Shown here: positions 26,240 through 35,827 of the stretch, piece after piece
How positions within the stretch are numbered: position 1 is the first letter of the stretch
How the letters are laid out: every line of letters begins with the position of its first letter
NCBI GenBank assembly: GCA_963746775.1
Contig: CAVVCK010000001.1
Coordinates: 339,050 to 403,049 of the forward strand
Direction of reading: 5' to 3'
DNA from: an uncultured bacterium
GTDB lineage: Bacteria > Patescibacteriota > JABMPQ01 > CAVVCK01
DNA length: 64,000 nucleotides
Made by a program: the position numbers and the translations under genes
The notes under the pieces: generated by a model
The model's input: only the letters and a program-made list of their open reading frames with translations
Databases searched by the model: none
What the model was told of the DNA's origin: nothing

Positions 26240-27025
26240 TTATATATTTTTTAATGCTTTTAAAATTTTACTATGTATTAACCCATTAGAGCCCAAAATA
26301 TTTTCATCATTAATATTCCATTCTTGATTATCATAATTAGTTACCCTACCACCAGCTTCTCTAACAATTAAAGCTCCCGAGGCTACATCCCAAGGATTAG
26401 TTCCTTTGATCATAATAGAATCTATTCTTCCACAAGCAACCCAAGTGAATTCAACTACCGCACTACCCAAATGCCTTGTTTCAAAGCTATTCAATTTAAA
26501 GTGATTATAAATTTTAAGCAATTCCTTAACATGTGCTTGTTTATAACCATAACAAAAAGCTAAAAATGCTTTTTTTAAATCTTTCGTGTTTGATACTGCT
26601 ATTCTCTTATTATTTAAATAAGCACCCTTACCCTTCTCAGCCCAAAATAGTTCTTTAGAAAAAGGAATGTATATAACCCCTAAAACAATCTTATTTTTAC
26701 AAAGTAAAGCAATAGATACTCCAAATAAGGGATTTTTAGAAGAAAAATTTGTCGTCCCATCAAGGGGATCTATAACCCATAAGTAATCTGAATTTTTATT
26801 TTTTCCTAAACCTGCTTCTTCTGATAAAAATTGATGTGTAGGAAATTTTTTCTTGATTGCTCCTAAAATCATTTTTTCCGACTCATAATCATATTTGGTT
26901 ACAATTTCGTGCTTGCTTTTATGTTCATAATTTATTTTCAAATTATTCATAAAAACATCCCACAAATAATCACCTGATTCCTTAGCTAATTTTTTTGCTA
27001 ATAATAACTCCTTTGAAAAATCCAT
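26240..27025 (-). CDS. Inositol monophosphatase family protein (SuhB-like)
   Basis: WVIDPLDGTTNF motif. Confidence 0.85.
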   Translation of the reverse strand: MDFSKELLLAKKLAKESGDYLWDVFMNNLKINYEHKSKHEIVTKYDYESEKMILGAIKKKFPTHQFLSEEAGLGKNKNSDYLWVIDPLDGTTNFSSKNPLFGVSIALLCKNKIVLGVIYIPFSKELFWAEKGKGAYLNNKRIAVSNTKDLKKAFLAFCYGYKQAHVKELLKIYNHFKLNSFETRHLGSAVVEFTWVACGRIDSIMIKGTNPWDVASGALIVREAGGRVTNYDNQEWNINDENILGSNGLIHSKILKALKNI

Positions 27026-27092
27026 TTTTTGTACTTTATTTTTTAATATTTTTATTATGACCTTTTTATTTTAAATGGCAAACGAAAAATTT

Positions 27093-27114
27093 GTAGGGGC
27101 AGAACAGCCCCTAC
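27093..27114. repeat. Palindrome family 5, short form (GTAGGGGCAGAACAGCCCCTAC)
   Basis: 8-bp GC stem. The long form is at 30004-30032. Confidence 0.6.
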
Positions 27115-27192
27115 GTTAATAGGACTAATTTTCTTTGACTTTTGGACTAATAAAAACTATTATATTGCTACTAGTCTAAGCATATTTTGGAA

Positions 27193-27264
27193 TAGCGAAA
27201 TGAAACGAAGTGGAATTTCGCGCCAAACCACGAACGCGAAATTTCGCTCCGCTACATTTCGCTA
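27193..27264. promoter_or_regulatory. Nested inverted repeats with five ATTTCGC/GCGAAAT motifs immediately upstream of HMG-CoA reductase
   Basis: Outer IR TAGCGAAATG (27193-27202) pairs with CATTTCGCTA (27255-27264). Inner IR GGAATTTCGCG (27212-27222) pairs with CGCGAAATTTCG (27236-27247). Confidence 0.5.
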
Positions 27265-27281
27265 ATCCTTAATAAAAATCC

Positions 27282-28508
27282 ATGAAAAATATACTTAAAA
27301 AATTACAAGAAGGACACATTAAGTTTCACGAAATAGAAAAATATGCCTCAGCCAAAGAAGCATCTGAAATTAGATTACTTTTTATTGAAAAATTAGCTAA
27401 AAATAACTATTCCGAATTAAAAAACTATAATTTAGATCCTAAATTATTACAAAATAAAAATATAGAAAATTTTATAGGCTCAACTGAATTACCCCTAGGA
27501 ATTGCCGGACCGATTAAAGTCAAAGGAGAAAATTCCAATGGAGAATATTTTCTACCACTCGCAACAACCGAAGGCGCACTCGTTGCAAGTGTTAGTAGAG
27601 GCTGTAAAGTTGTAAATTTATCAGGAGGAACAAAAACTGATTTAGAATATATTGGCACCACCAGAGCACCGCTTTTTAGTGTTAAAGATTTAAAAACTGC
27701 CAGAGAATTTATAAATTGGGTTAATAAAAATATTGCTAAACTTAAAGAAGTCGTGGAAAAAGTTGATCCTTTTGTAAAATTAATCAAGATTGAACCATTT
27801 TCTTCCGGAAAAAATATTTGGCTTAGAATATATTTTAATACTTATGACGCTATGGGTATGAATATGGCTACCCAGGCTTCTCAGAAAATAGGAGAATATG
27901 CTGAAAAATATTTTAAATCCGTAAAATTAATTGCTACTTCAGGTAATTTGTGTGTTGATAAAAAAGCAAGTTCCATAAATGCTATCCTTAGCCGCGGCCG
28001 CAAGGTCCAAGCCGAATGTTTTATTAAAAATGAAGTTATAAAAAAATATTTACACACTACCCCAGAAAAATTAGTAGAAGTAAATCACAAAAAAACTTGG
28101 CAAGGAGCAGTTCTCTCTGGCAGCATCGCCGCCAATGCTCATATCGCTAATATTATTGCAGCTATCTTTATTGCCACTGGACAAGATGCCGCTCAATTAG
28201 TTGAATCCAGTTCAGGTAATACTACTTTTGAATTAGACAAAGATGGAGTTTATACTTGCGTCACCCTGCCTTCTTTAATGATCGGCACCGTTGGCGGTGG
28301 CACAGGTTTACCTAAACAAAGTGAAGCTATTAATTTAATGTTAAAGAATATAGGATCGTCCAAAGAAAAATCTAAATTAAATCGTACTAATAAATTAGCA
28401 GAAATTATAGCTAGTGCTTGTCTTGCAGGCGAGATAAGTTTGCATGGAGCCTTGGCTTCTGGACATTTGGCTTCTTCTCATATGAAGTTGGGGAAGGGAT
28501 TTAAATAA
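27282..28508 (+). CDS. hmgA: Hydroxymethylglutaryl-CoA reductase
   Basis: HMGR catalytic-domain motifs (EGALVASVSRGCK, DAMGMNM, GTVGGGT). Confidence 0.85.
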   Translation: MKNILKKLQEGHIKFHEIEKYASAKEASEIRLLFIEKLAKNNYSELKNYNLDPKLLQNKNIENFIGSTELPLGIAGPIKVKGENSNGEYFLPLATTEGALVASVSRGCKVVNLSGGTKTDLEYIGTTRAPLFSVKDLKTAREFINWVNKNIAKLKEVVEKVDPFVKLIKIEPFSSGKNIWLRIYFNTYDAMGMNMATQASQKIGEYAEKYFKSVKLIATSGNLCVDKKASSINAILSRGRKVQAECFIKNEVIKKYLHTTPEKLVEVNHKKTWQGAVLSGSIAANAHIANIIAAIFIATGQDAAQLVESSSGNTTFELDKDGVYTCVTLPSLMIGTVGGGTGLPKQSEAINLMLKNIGSSKEKSKLNRTNKLAEIIASACLAGEISLHGALASGHLASSHMKLGKGFK

Positions 28509-28916
28509 ATGAACAATATTATTGAGATAATTATATCCACTATAATAAGTACTGGAATTATTGCCGGAGTAATTAACTATTGGTTCGACAAAAAACTACG
28601 CACACACGAAATAAAACTTAAAAAATATATCGAATTAATAGAAGAGCTGGCTAAACTTATAGGAAGTGAAGCAAACTGGGATGATTTAAGGCCGCTACTT
28701 AATGAAGCTCTACTTTTTGCTTCCGATAATGTGGTCAAAGAAATATTGAAATTTAATATCCGGTTCAATGATAAAAGTAAAGATGCAAAAGAAGGTAAAT
28801 TTCAAATGACAGAGAAAGATATACAACCTTTAATTATTGCTATACGAGAAGAATTATATTTAAAATCAAAATCTATTAAAGAAAGTGGATTAACATTTTT
28901 TCGAAAAATAAATTGA
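28509..28916 (+). CDS. Hypothetical 135-aa protein (N-terminal TM) inserted between HMGR and HMGS
   Basis: ORF whose start overlaps the hmgA stop (TAAATG). Confidence 0.5.
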   Translation: MNNIIEIIISTIISTGIIAGVINYWFDKKLRTHEIKLKKYIELIEELAKLIGSEANWDDLRPLLNEALLFASDNVVKEILKFNIRFNDKSKDAKEGKFQMTEKDIQPLIIAIREELYLKSKSIKESGLTFFRKIN

Positions 28917-28917
28917 A

Positions 28918-29994
28918 ATGAAACCAAAAAACACCGTCGGCCTAATTTCCTACGGCACCGACATTCCTCAAAATAGAATAAAGATTAAAGATATAGCTCT
29001 CGCTTGGAATAAAGATCCTAAAGCAATAGAAGCTTCTTTAGGTGTGATTGAAAAAGCAATACCTTCTAAAGATGAAGACACTGTAACACTTGCTACTAAT
29101 GCAGCTCTTGAAGCAATGGAAAAATTAAAAAATAAACCAAATATAGGAGCAATTTATACCGGCTCAGAAAGTCATCCTTATGCAGTTAAATCCACTTCCT
29201 CAATAGTCGGTGAAGCCTTAGGTATTGGTAATAATTATACAGCCGCTGACCTAGAGTTTGCTTGCAAGGCTGGAACAGCTGGTGTACAAATGATAACAGG
29301 AATGGTCTCTTCTGGTATGATTGAATACGGAATAGCTATTGGAGCAGACACAGCTCAAAGTAAACCTGGCGATGCACTTGAATACGCTGCCGGTGCCGCC
29401 GGTGCATCATTTATTATTGGATCAAAGAAAGAAGAAATTATCGCTAAAATTTTATATACCGAAAGCTTTACATCCGATACTCCAGACTTCTGGCGCCGAG
29501 AACATCAAGTCTATCCTTCCCACGCTGGCCGCTTCTCCGGAGAGCCTGCGTACTTTAAACATATAATTAGAGCAGTTCAGAATACTTTAAAAAATACCAA
29601 ATCCCGAAGGGTCGCCGGAGAGGCGACAAAAATATCTGATTTTGATCATGTTGTTTTTCATATGCCTAATGCTGCCTTCCCCCGCAAAGCTGCTAAAATC
29701 TTAGGAGTTACAGATAAACAATTACAAGCAGGCTTTATCGGACCATATTTAGGAAATAGCTATTCTGCCTGTTCTTTGGTAGGTTTAGCCTCCGTTCTAG
29801 ACCAAGCTAAACCCAAAGATAAAATATTATTATGCTCATACGGATCAGGTAGTGGCAGTGATTGTTTTGTAATGGAAGTAACAGAGAATATTAAGAAGCT
29901 TAAGAAGACAAAAACAGTTCAAGATAAAATTGATAATAAAGAATATATTAGTTATACAGAATATTTAAAGAATATGGGGAAATTGAAGATGTAA
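28918..29994 (+). CDS. Hydroxymethylglutaryl-CoA synthase (archaeal-type)
   Basis: Active-site Cys context LEFACKAGTAG and the C-terminal SYGSGSG motif. Confidence 0.8.
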   Translation: MKPKNTVGLISYGTDIPQNRIKIKDIALAWNKDPKAIEASLGVIEKAIPSKDEDTVTLATNAALEAMEKLKNKPNIGAIYTGSESHPYAVKSTSSIVGEALGIGNNYTAADLEFACKAGTAGVQMITGMVSSGMIEYGIAIGADTAQSKPGDALEYAAGAAGASFIIGSKKEEIIAKILYTESFTSDTPDFWRREHQVYPSHAGRFSGEPAYFKHIIRAVQNTLKNTKSRRVAGEATKISDFDHVVFHMPNAAFPRKAAKILGVTDKQLQAGFIGPYLGNSYSACSLVGLASVLDQAKPKDKILLCSYGSGSGSDCFVMEVTENIKKLKKTKTVQDKIDNKEYISYTEYLKNMGKLKM

Positions 29995-30003
29995 ACGCTA
30001 GAT

Positions 30004-30032
30004 GTAGGGGCAGAACACTGTTCTGCCCCTAC
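30004..30032. repeat. Palindrome family 5, long form (GTAGGGGCAGAACA CTG TGTTCTGCCCCTAC)
   Basis: Perfect 13-bp arms between HMGS and the thiolase. Confidence 0.7.
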
Positions 30033-30046
30033 AATAAATAAAATCA

Positions 30047-31189
30047 ATGAAAGAAATCTACATAAAAGGCACCGGCCTAACAAAATTCGGTGAAGTTTGG
30101 AATAAAGATTTAAGAGATCTTGCTTTTGAGGCGGGAATAAAAGCTATTAAAGACGCTAAAATTGATTTGCAAGAAATCGATGCTATTTATGTTGCTAATA
30201 TGAAAGCCGGAGAATTCGCCGGACAAGATCACCTGGGAGCCTTAGTTTCAACTATTTTTAATTTAGATATACCAGCTTTCCATATAGAAGCTGCTTGTGC
30301 TTCCGGAGGTGTAGCTATAAACCAAGCCTATCTGAGTTTGCTATCTGGAAAATACAAAAATATCTTAGTCCTTGGAGTTGAGAAAATGACTGACCAAGAT
30401 GCAACCAATACTACTAAAGGATTAGCCGGAGCTGCTGACGAAGAATGGGAAGCACACTACGGCGCAACCTTCCCCTCCCTTTACGCCATGATCGCTCAAG
30501 AACATATGCGTAGATACAAAACCATCAGAAAAGATTTAGCTCTTATCGCTTGTAAAAATCATCACAACGCCACTTTTAATGAATACGCTCAATACCAAAA
30601 AGAAATAACCGTTGATAATGTCTTAAATGCTTCGCCCATCGCTGAACCTTTAGGATTGTTAGATTGCTCCCCTATCACTGATGGTGCTGCAGCAGTTATT
30701 TTGTCAAACAACAGAAAAAGTAAAGTTAAATTAATAGCCTCAGAAGTTACTACCAGTACTCTAGCCCTTCATGATAGAAAAGATATTACAACCCTAGATG
30801 CAGCCATTAAAGCTTCCCAGAAAGCTTATCAGTCCATCAATATTAAACCACAAGATATAGACATAGCCGAAGTACATGATTGTTTTACTATTGCCGAACT
30901 TCTAGCTTATGAAGATTTGGGCTTCTGTAAAAAAGGTGAAGGAGCAAAATTAATCAGATCAGGTAAATTAAATTTAGATGGATCACTACCTATCAATACT
31001 TCCGGTGGACTTAAAGCCTGTGGCCATCCAGTAGGTGCAACTGGTATTAAACAAGTCATAGAAATAGCTACTCAACTAGAAGGTAAAGCTGGAAAACGAC
31101 AAGTTAAGAAAAATTTAAAATACGGGCTAACACATAATATTGGTGGCAGTGGTGCCACAGCTGTAGTAAATATTTTAACCAAATCATAA
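30047..31189 (+). CDS. Archaeal-type thiolase (acetyl-CoA C-acetyltransferase / SCP-x-like)
   Basis: Thiolase fold with catalytic Cys context EAACASGG and the C-terminal GHPVGATG motif. Confidence 0.8.
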   Translation: MKEIYIKGTGLTKFGEVWNKDLRDLAFEAGIKAIKDAKIDLQEIDAIYVANMKAGEFAGQDHLGALVSTIFNLDIPAFHIEAACASGGVAINQAYLSLLSGKYKNILVLGVEKMTDQDATNTTKGLAGAADEEWEAHYGATFPSLYAMIAQEHMRRYKTIRKDLALIACKNHHNATFNEYAQYQKEITVDNVLNASPIAEPLGLLDCSPITDGAAAVILSNNRKSKVKLIASEVTTSTLALHDRKDITTLDAAIKASQKAYQSINIKPQDIDIAEVHDCFTIAELLAYEDLGFCKKGEGAKLIRSGKLNLDGSLPINTSGGLKACGHPVGATGIKQVIEIATQLEGKAGKRQVKKNLKYGLTHNIGGSGATAVVNILTKS

Positions 31190-31587
31190 TGTATAAAGGT
31201 TCATCGCCTAAATCCTGGCGAAAATATAAAACTAAATATAGACTACTGGGCAATCAAGGAACAAAATCAGGTAAAAAATATTATCCACCTGTTTTTGTAT
31301 CTAAAAAAAATCCCTCAGAAAAATTAAAAGAATATAAATTTAAACCAGAAGGAAAATTAATCACTTGGTCTATTGTTCACGGCGCACCTAAGGGCTATGA
31401 AGAATACGCACCCTATATCATTGGTATAATAGAACTAGAAGAGGGTGAACGAATAACCTCTCAAATAGTTAATGTAAAAAAATCACAATTAAAATACGGC
31501 CTTAAATTGAGAGCCGTCTTTAGAAAAATATATCAGGATGGTGATAAGGGAATTATTGATTATGGATTGAAGTTTACTTTAAAATAA
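31189..31587 (+). CDS. DUF35-family OB-fold protein (partner of archaeal thiolase/HMGCS complex); Zn-ribbon cysteines absent
   Basis: Start overlaps the thiolase stop (ATAATG). OB-fold-like core (GKLITWSIV...YIIGIIELEEGERITSQI). Confidence 0.55.
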   Translation: MYKGSSPKSWRKYKTKYRLLGNQGTKSGKKYYPPVFVSKKNPSEKLKEYKFKPEGKLITWSIVHGAPKGYEEYAPYIIGIIELEEGERITSQIVNVKKSQLKYGLKLRAVFRKIYQDGDKGIIDYGLKFTLK

Positions 31588-31671
31588 AATTAACAATCAT
31601 AAAAAGAGGCTAAACTTTTTTAAGTCTGAGTCTCTTTTTTATTCTTAATTTTTATTTCCTATTTTAAATTA

Positions 31672-33594
31672 TTAGTTCACACCATGCCAGTTTTCTATAA
31701 CTGCAATCCCTACTCCATTTCGAAGGGTAGGATCACCAAAAGCAAAGAAATTAGGAGTCGGTCTGAGGATACCTGAAGGCTCATAACCTAAGATATGAGG
31801 ACCATTAGAGCCTATAGGAGAAATAAGTAACTCTTGGGCTTCATCGGCAGGATCCAATTGAGCTGCTCGAATAGTAAAGTCTCCTCTAACTTGTTCTTCA
31901 TAGACCCACCAGAAATTCTTTCTTTCTCCCTCTTTGTCAAAGGCGTTTACTTGGGAAGAACCGTTATTAGGAGTAGTGTAGATCCTTTCTCCGGCACCGA
32001 CAGCAGTTAAACCTTGATTAATAGCTGTTTCATAAGCTAGAAAATGATTATACAATAATGACCCATCTGCTTTGTAAATATAGACGTAGGGATCAGCCGG
32101 ACCATGATTAGGGGTAACTAATATTTCATCAGCTCCATCATTGTATTGGAAAGTACCTAAATTACAGCCTACATCTTGAAAGGGTGCTTCAAATTCAGCA
32201 GACTTTACCCAGTTATCTATACCTGATACATCGGTATAAACTCGGACCAAAGGAGCCCTGTCACCAGTTAGACAAAAAGCAGCATCATCTTGAAAACCAT
32301 CATTATCAAAATCTCCTGATGTGGCCGATAATCCATCTCTAATAGATGAATCAAAGACAAACATTTGACCTAAAGAAGATAAAGAACTATCTTCTTTTAA
32401 CCCACGAACAAGAGCTTGAGGACCACCATTATTAATAGCAAATAATAAAAATTGATCTAAAACACCATTATTATTCTGATCTATAGGAATAATCCCTGCT
32501 CCACCTAGATATGATTCGGGAAAAAGATCGGTAATATCTTCTTCTAATAAAGAATTACTGCCATCCGTAGTTGCTTTGGAGTAAGCTTGAAGACGAGTTG
32601 GTTCGCCAGGACCAGAGGTTGTAAGAATTTTGGGAGAAATAGTTAGCCCTTCCGTCTCAGATTTTTCTTCGTCGGATTGTTCAGTGTTTGTAGCTACAAA
32701 ATAAGTGGCATGATCAACCGTAAAACTACATTGCTCCTCACTTACAGTACATTCAGTTTCATTGGCCCAAGCCTCCCCACCTTCTTCAAGTGACTGGATT
32801 CGCAAAGTCATACCTTCATATCCTGAACCAACATTTAGAGAAACAGTAACATTTTTACTAAAATTAAGGTTTAAACCAGGAATTCCTAATCTAATAGCTA
32901 AAACAGGATCACCTATTATATTAGTCGAAGGCAGATTATCAATATCGACAACCTGATTAACCATTCTATAAAATTCAAAGCTCCCTCCTTCACTACGTGT
33001 TACCACAGTATCTACAGGAAAAGTTACCGTCGTTCTATTTGAGCTAAATTCCCATTCTTCCTCAATAGTAACATTTGATGACTCGGCAGTATTAGCAATA
33101 GTTACCCCTTTAGCATCCGGTAGAGCAGCAAGTTCCTCAGGGGTATACCACTTTTGATTATTAAGCCTATCAGAAACAAGAAACCAGCCCACTTCCCAAA
33201 TCCCCACTTTAGACCATCTCGGAATAGTTGCTGTACCAGTATAAGTTCCAGATTTATCATCGCCCGAAACTCTTGTAATCTCAAAACTAGTATACTGCGT
33301 CCCAATCAACGCCTTTATAGCCAACCAAGGAGGACTTCCAACCTGAGTACCATCCCAATCACAGTCGTCATAGACACAAACCCCCGAAAGGTCATCAGAA
33401 ATAACAGCTTCAAAGGTAAGAGTTTGAGCGCTATCAGAAGTATTGATTTCTGCCGGCATTATACTAAATGACTCTATAACCGGAGGTGTTCGATCTTCTT
33501 CTGCCTTAACTTTCGGCACATTTATTGATAAAGTCAGAGAACAAAATACAATCATCAAAGCAACTACAATCAAATTACTTACTACTTTTTTCAT
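31672..33594 (-). CDS. Large secreted protein with FG-GAP/VCBS-like repeats
   Basis: Signal peptide and the motif SGDFDNDGFQDD. Confidence 0.5.
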   Translation of the reverse strand: MKKVVSNLIVVALMIVFCSLTLSINVPKVKAEEDRTPPVIESFSIMPAEINTSDSAQTLTFEAVISDDLSGVCVYDDCDWDGTQVGSPPWLAIKALIGTQYTSFEITRVSGDDKSGTYTGTATIPRWSKVGIWEVGWFLVSDRLNNQKWYTPEELAALPDAKGVTIANTAESSNVTIEEEWEFSSNRTTVTFPVDTVVTRSEGGSFEFYRMVNQVVDIDNLPSTNIIGDPVLAIRLGIPGLNLNFSKNVTVSLNVGSGYEGMTLRIQSLEEGGEAWANETECTVSEEQCSFTVDHATYFVATNTEQSDEEKSETEGLTISPKILTTSGPGEPTRLQAYSKATTDGSNSLLEEDITDLFPESYLGGAGIIPIDQNNNGVLDQFLLFAINNGGPQALVRGLKEDSSLSSLGQMFVFDSSIRDGLSATSGDFDNDGFQDDAAFCLTGDRAPLVRVYTDVSGIDNWVKSAEFEAPFQDVGCNLGTFQYNDGADEILVTPNHGPADPYVYIYKADGSLLYNHFLAYETAINQGLTAVGAGERIYTTPNNGSSQVNAFDKEGERKNFWWVYEEQVRGDFTIRAAQLDPADEAQELLISPIGSNGPHILGYEPSGILRPTPNFFAFGDPTLRNGVGIAVIENWHGVN

Positions 33595-33749
33595 TTTTAT
33601 AAATTAATTATTAAAAATAAAAAACCCGCATTAAAAAATACAGGTATCAATTAATCAAATCTATATAAACTTTTTTCATTTTGTTTTAATTTGTTTTTTT
33701 ATTATAGCATGAAAATATTATTTAACCAAATTATTTTTCGAGACTCCCT

Positions 33750-34739
33750 CTATCTAGTAATATTCACCCTATAAAAATCCATTTTATTCTCTTTTAAAAA
33801 ATTTTCTATCTTCTCCTGATCCCCACCAAAACAAATCAAAGCTCCACTCCCTTCACCTTTATGCGCTCCCGCCCCAGATACCTTTGTATGACCACCTAAA
33901 TTACTCAGATCATTAATTAACTTTTGCGTCTTAGAAGTTACAATCCCTAAATCAATTAGTTCTTCTCCTGCCATATCTATAATTTTATAAAATTTTTCTT
34001 TGTTATCTTCCTCCAAGGCATCAATTAAATCGTAAGTTAATTTTTCTAAATTCTTAAATATTTTCCCTGCTTTAGCAGGATCTTTTTTAATATTATTTTT
34101 AACAAATTCAACTACCTCGCCAGTCAAAGCTTCCGGATTTCCAGAATTTATTATTAAAATGTCATTCAAAATATCTGACTCTATTTCTAATTTCTCATAA
34201 TCAAATCCCTCTTTCTTCTTCCGATATTTCATCAACCCTCCATAAATTATAGCAATTTGATCTAGTCCACTGGACTTGTAACCATGAAATTTAGTCTCCA
34301 CTTCCATGGCAATCTTAAACAAATCTTCTTTGTTCAATTCTTTTTTAAAATTTTTTGATAAAGCCTTAGCCATGCTCACAATAACGCTAGTCGATACTCC
34401 GCATCCTCCAAGAGGTGCTTCTTTTTCAATCTCTATCACTATTGGTTGAACATCCTTAACCTTTAAATATTTTAAAACTACGTTTAAGCTAATTTTAAAA
34501 AGTTTATCCCTCTTATTATTATATTTAAAACTATCTCCTAGCTTTAAAATTTCTTTAATATTATATTCGCCCCTATAATTGTTCTCTTTGTCCTCAACAA
34601 TAATCATTTCTCCATTAAAAAGCTTAACTTCACAATAACAATACATATTTATCGCACAAACTAAAGCAGGCTTACCATACACAACACTATGCTCTCCTAT
34701 TAAAATTATTTTTGTTGGGGATTTTTCTCTTATAGGCAT
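33750..34739 (-). CDS. GHMP-family kinase, probable mevalonate kinase
   Basis: GHMP ATP-binding motif (APLGGCGVSTSV) and genomic proximity to HMGR/HMGS. Confidence 0.6.
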   Translation of the reverse strand: MPIREKSPTKIILIGEHSVVYGKPALVCAINMYCYCEVKLFNGEMIIVEDKENNYRGEYNIKEILKLGDSFKYNNKRDKLFKISLNVVLKYLKVKDVQPIVIEIEKEAPLGGCGVSTSVIVSMAKALSKNFKKELNKEDLFKIAMEVETKFHGYKSSGLDQIAIIYGGLMKYRKKKEGFDYEKLEIESDILNDILIINSGNPEALTGEVVEFVKNNIKKDPAKAGKIFKNLEKLTYDLIDALEEDNKEKFYKIIDMAGEELIDLGIVTSKTQKLINDLSNLGGHTKVSGAGAHKGEGSGALICFGGDQEKIENFLKENKMDFYRVNITR

Positions 34740-34741
34740 TG

Positions 34742-35491
34742 TTATATCTTTATTTCCATTAAATCTTTTGCCAAAACAATTTCCCCTTTAAATTCTTTTG
34801 CTGCTTCTTTTTTTATATTAATTTTTTCTACTTCTGGATAAAAATGAGTTAGAACTAATTTTTTCACATTAGCTTTATTCCCAATTTCCCCTGCCTGACT
34901 TGGAGTTAAGTGTCCGTCAAATTTAGTAGGCAGAGCTGCCTCAATTAAAAGTAAATTTGTATTTTTGGATAAATCTATAATATTTTTACAAGGACCAGTA
35001 TCACCAGCTATTACTACTGATTTATTATTATCTTTAAATCGATAAGCTGCTGTATTCATCCCTGGAACATGCTTTAAATATTTCACCCTAACTTTTCCAA
35101 AAGAAAATTTCTTAGATGCTTCGCTCATTTCGAAAACTTTTACGAATTTTATTTTCTTTAATAAACCAAAGGCTAATAGATATTTATTATAAAATTCCTT
35201 AAATCCCTTTGGTCCGATAATATTTAAAGTTTTTCTAGTTACACCCCATAATTCATCTACATAATATAGTTGTAAATAGACAATAAGATCAGACACGTGA
35301 TCAGGATGAATGTGGGTAATAAAAATATAATTTATTTTTTTATAATCAAAACCTGCATTATTGAAATTATTAAAAGTACCACAACCCATATCAACTAAAA
35401 TATTTTCTCTACCAATAGATAGAACATAACCTGGACTTTTTCTCTTTGGATTCGGCATACATGTACCTGAACCTAGGATTGTTAATTTCAT
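34742..35491 (-). CDS. MBL-fold metallo-hydrolase
   Basis: HxHxDH motif ITHIHPDHVSD. Confidence 0.75.
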   Translation of the reverse strand: MKLTILGSGTCMPNPKRKSPGYVLSIGRENILVDMGCGTFNNFNNAGFDYKKINYIFITHIHPDHVSDLIVYLQLYYVDELWGVTRKTLNIIGPKGFKEFYNKYLLAFGLLKKIKFVKVFEMSEASKKFSFGKVRVKYLKHVPGMNTAAYRFKDNNKSVVIAGDTGPCKNIIDLSKNTNLLLIEAALPTKFDGHLTPSQAGEIGNKANVKKLVLTHFYPEVEKINIKKEAAKEFKGEIVLAKDLMEIKI

Positions 35492-35504
35492 ATTTTATTT
35501 CTTA

Positions 35505-35545
35505 TTTTTTTGTACGTAGTACCGGCCTCTCCAGGCCGGTACACA
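35505..35545. repeat. GTAG-headed GC palindrome (GTAGTACCGGCC TCTCCA GGCCGGTAC)
   Basis: 9-bp GC-rich stem in an AT-rich spacer upstream of the MBL gene. Confidence 0.5.
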
Positions 35546-35827
35546 TTATTCACCAAACGAACTAATATCTATTTTTTTCAAATCATTTGGTTCTTTATTC
35601 AAACATAATTACCCAAGCATAATATGCAAAATGGAATTTATTTTTATAAAAATTTAAATTTTCTAAAATAATTTTACACAAAATTTGATCTTTAAAATAA
35701 GGGATTCTCTTATATGTACAAAAAGTTAAGAAATATATTTTTTTATTTAAAATTAATCTCAGTGGATGCATATATCTCATTAGCATACCAACCCTGGGGG
35801 GGTTGCTACTACGAAAACAAATAATAT

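Noticed and set aside
35595-35786. 63-aa ORF between nfo and the MBL hydrolase
   Set aside because: Low-complexity, very AT-rich (I/L/K/F/Y-rich) sequence with no RBS, lying in a promoter-like spacer.
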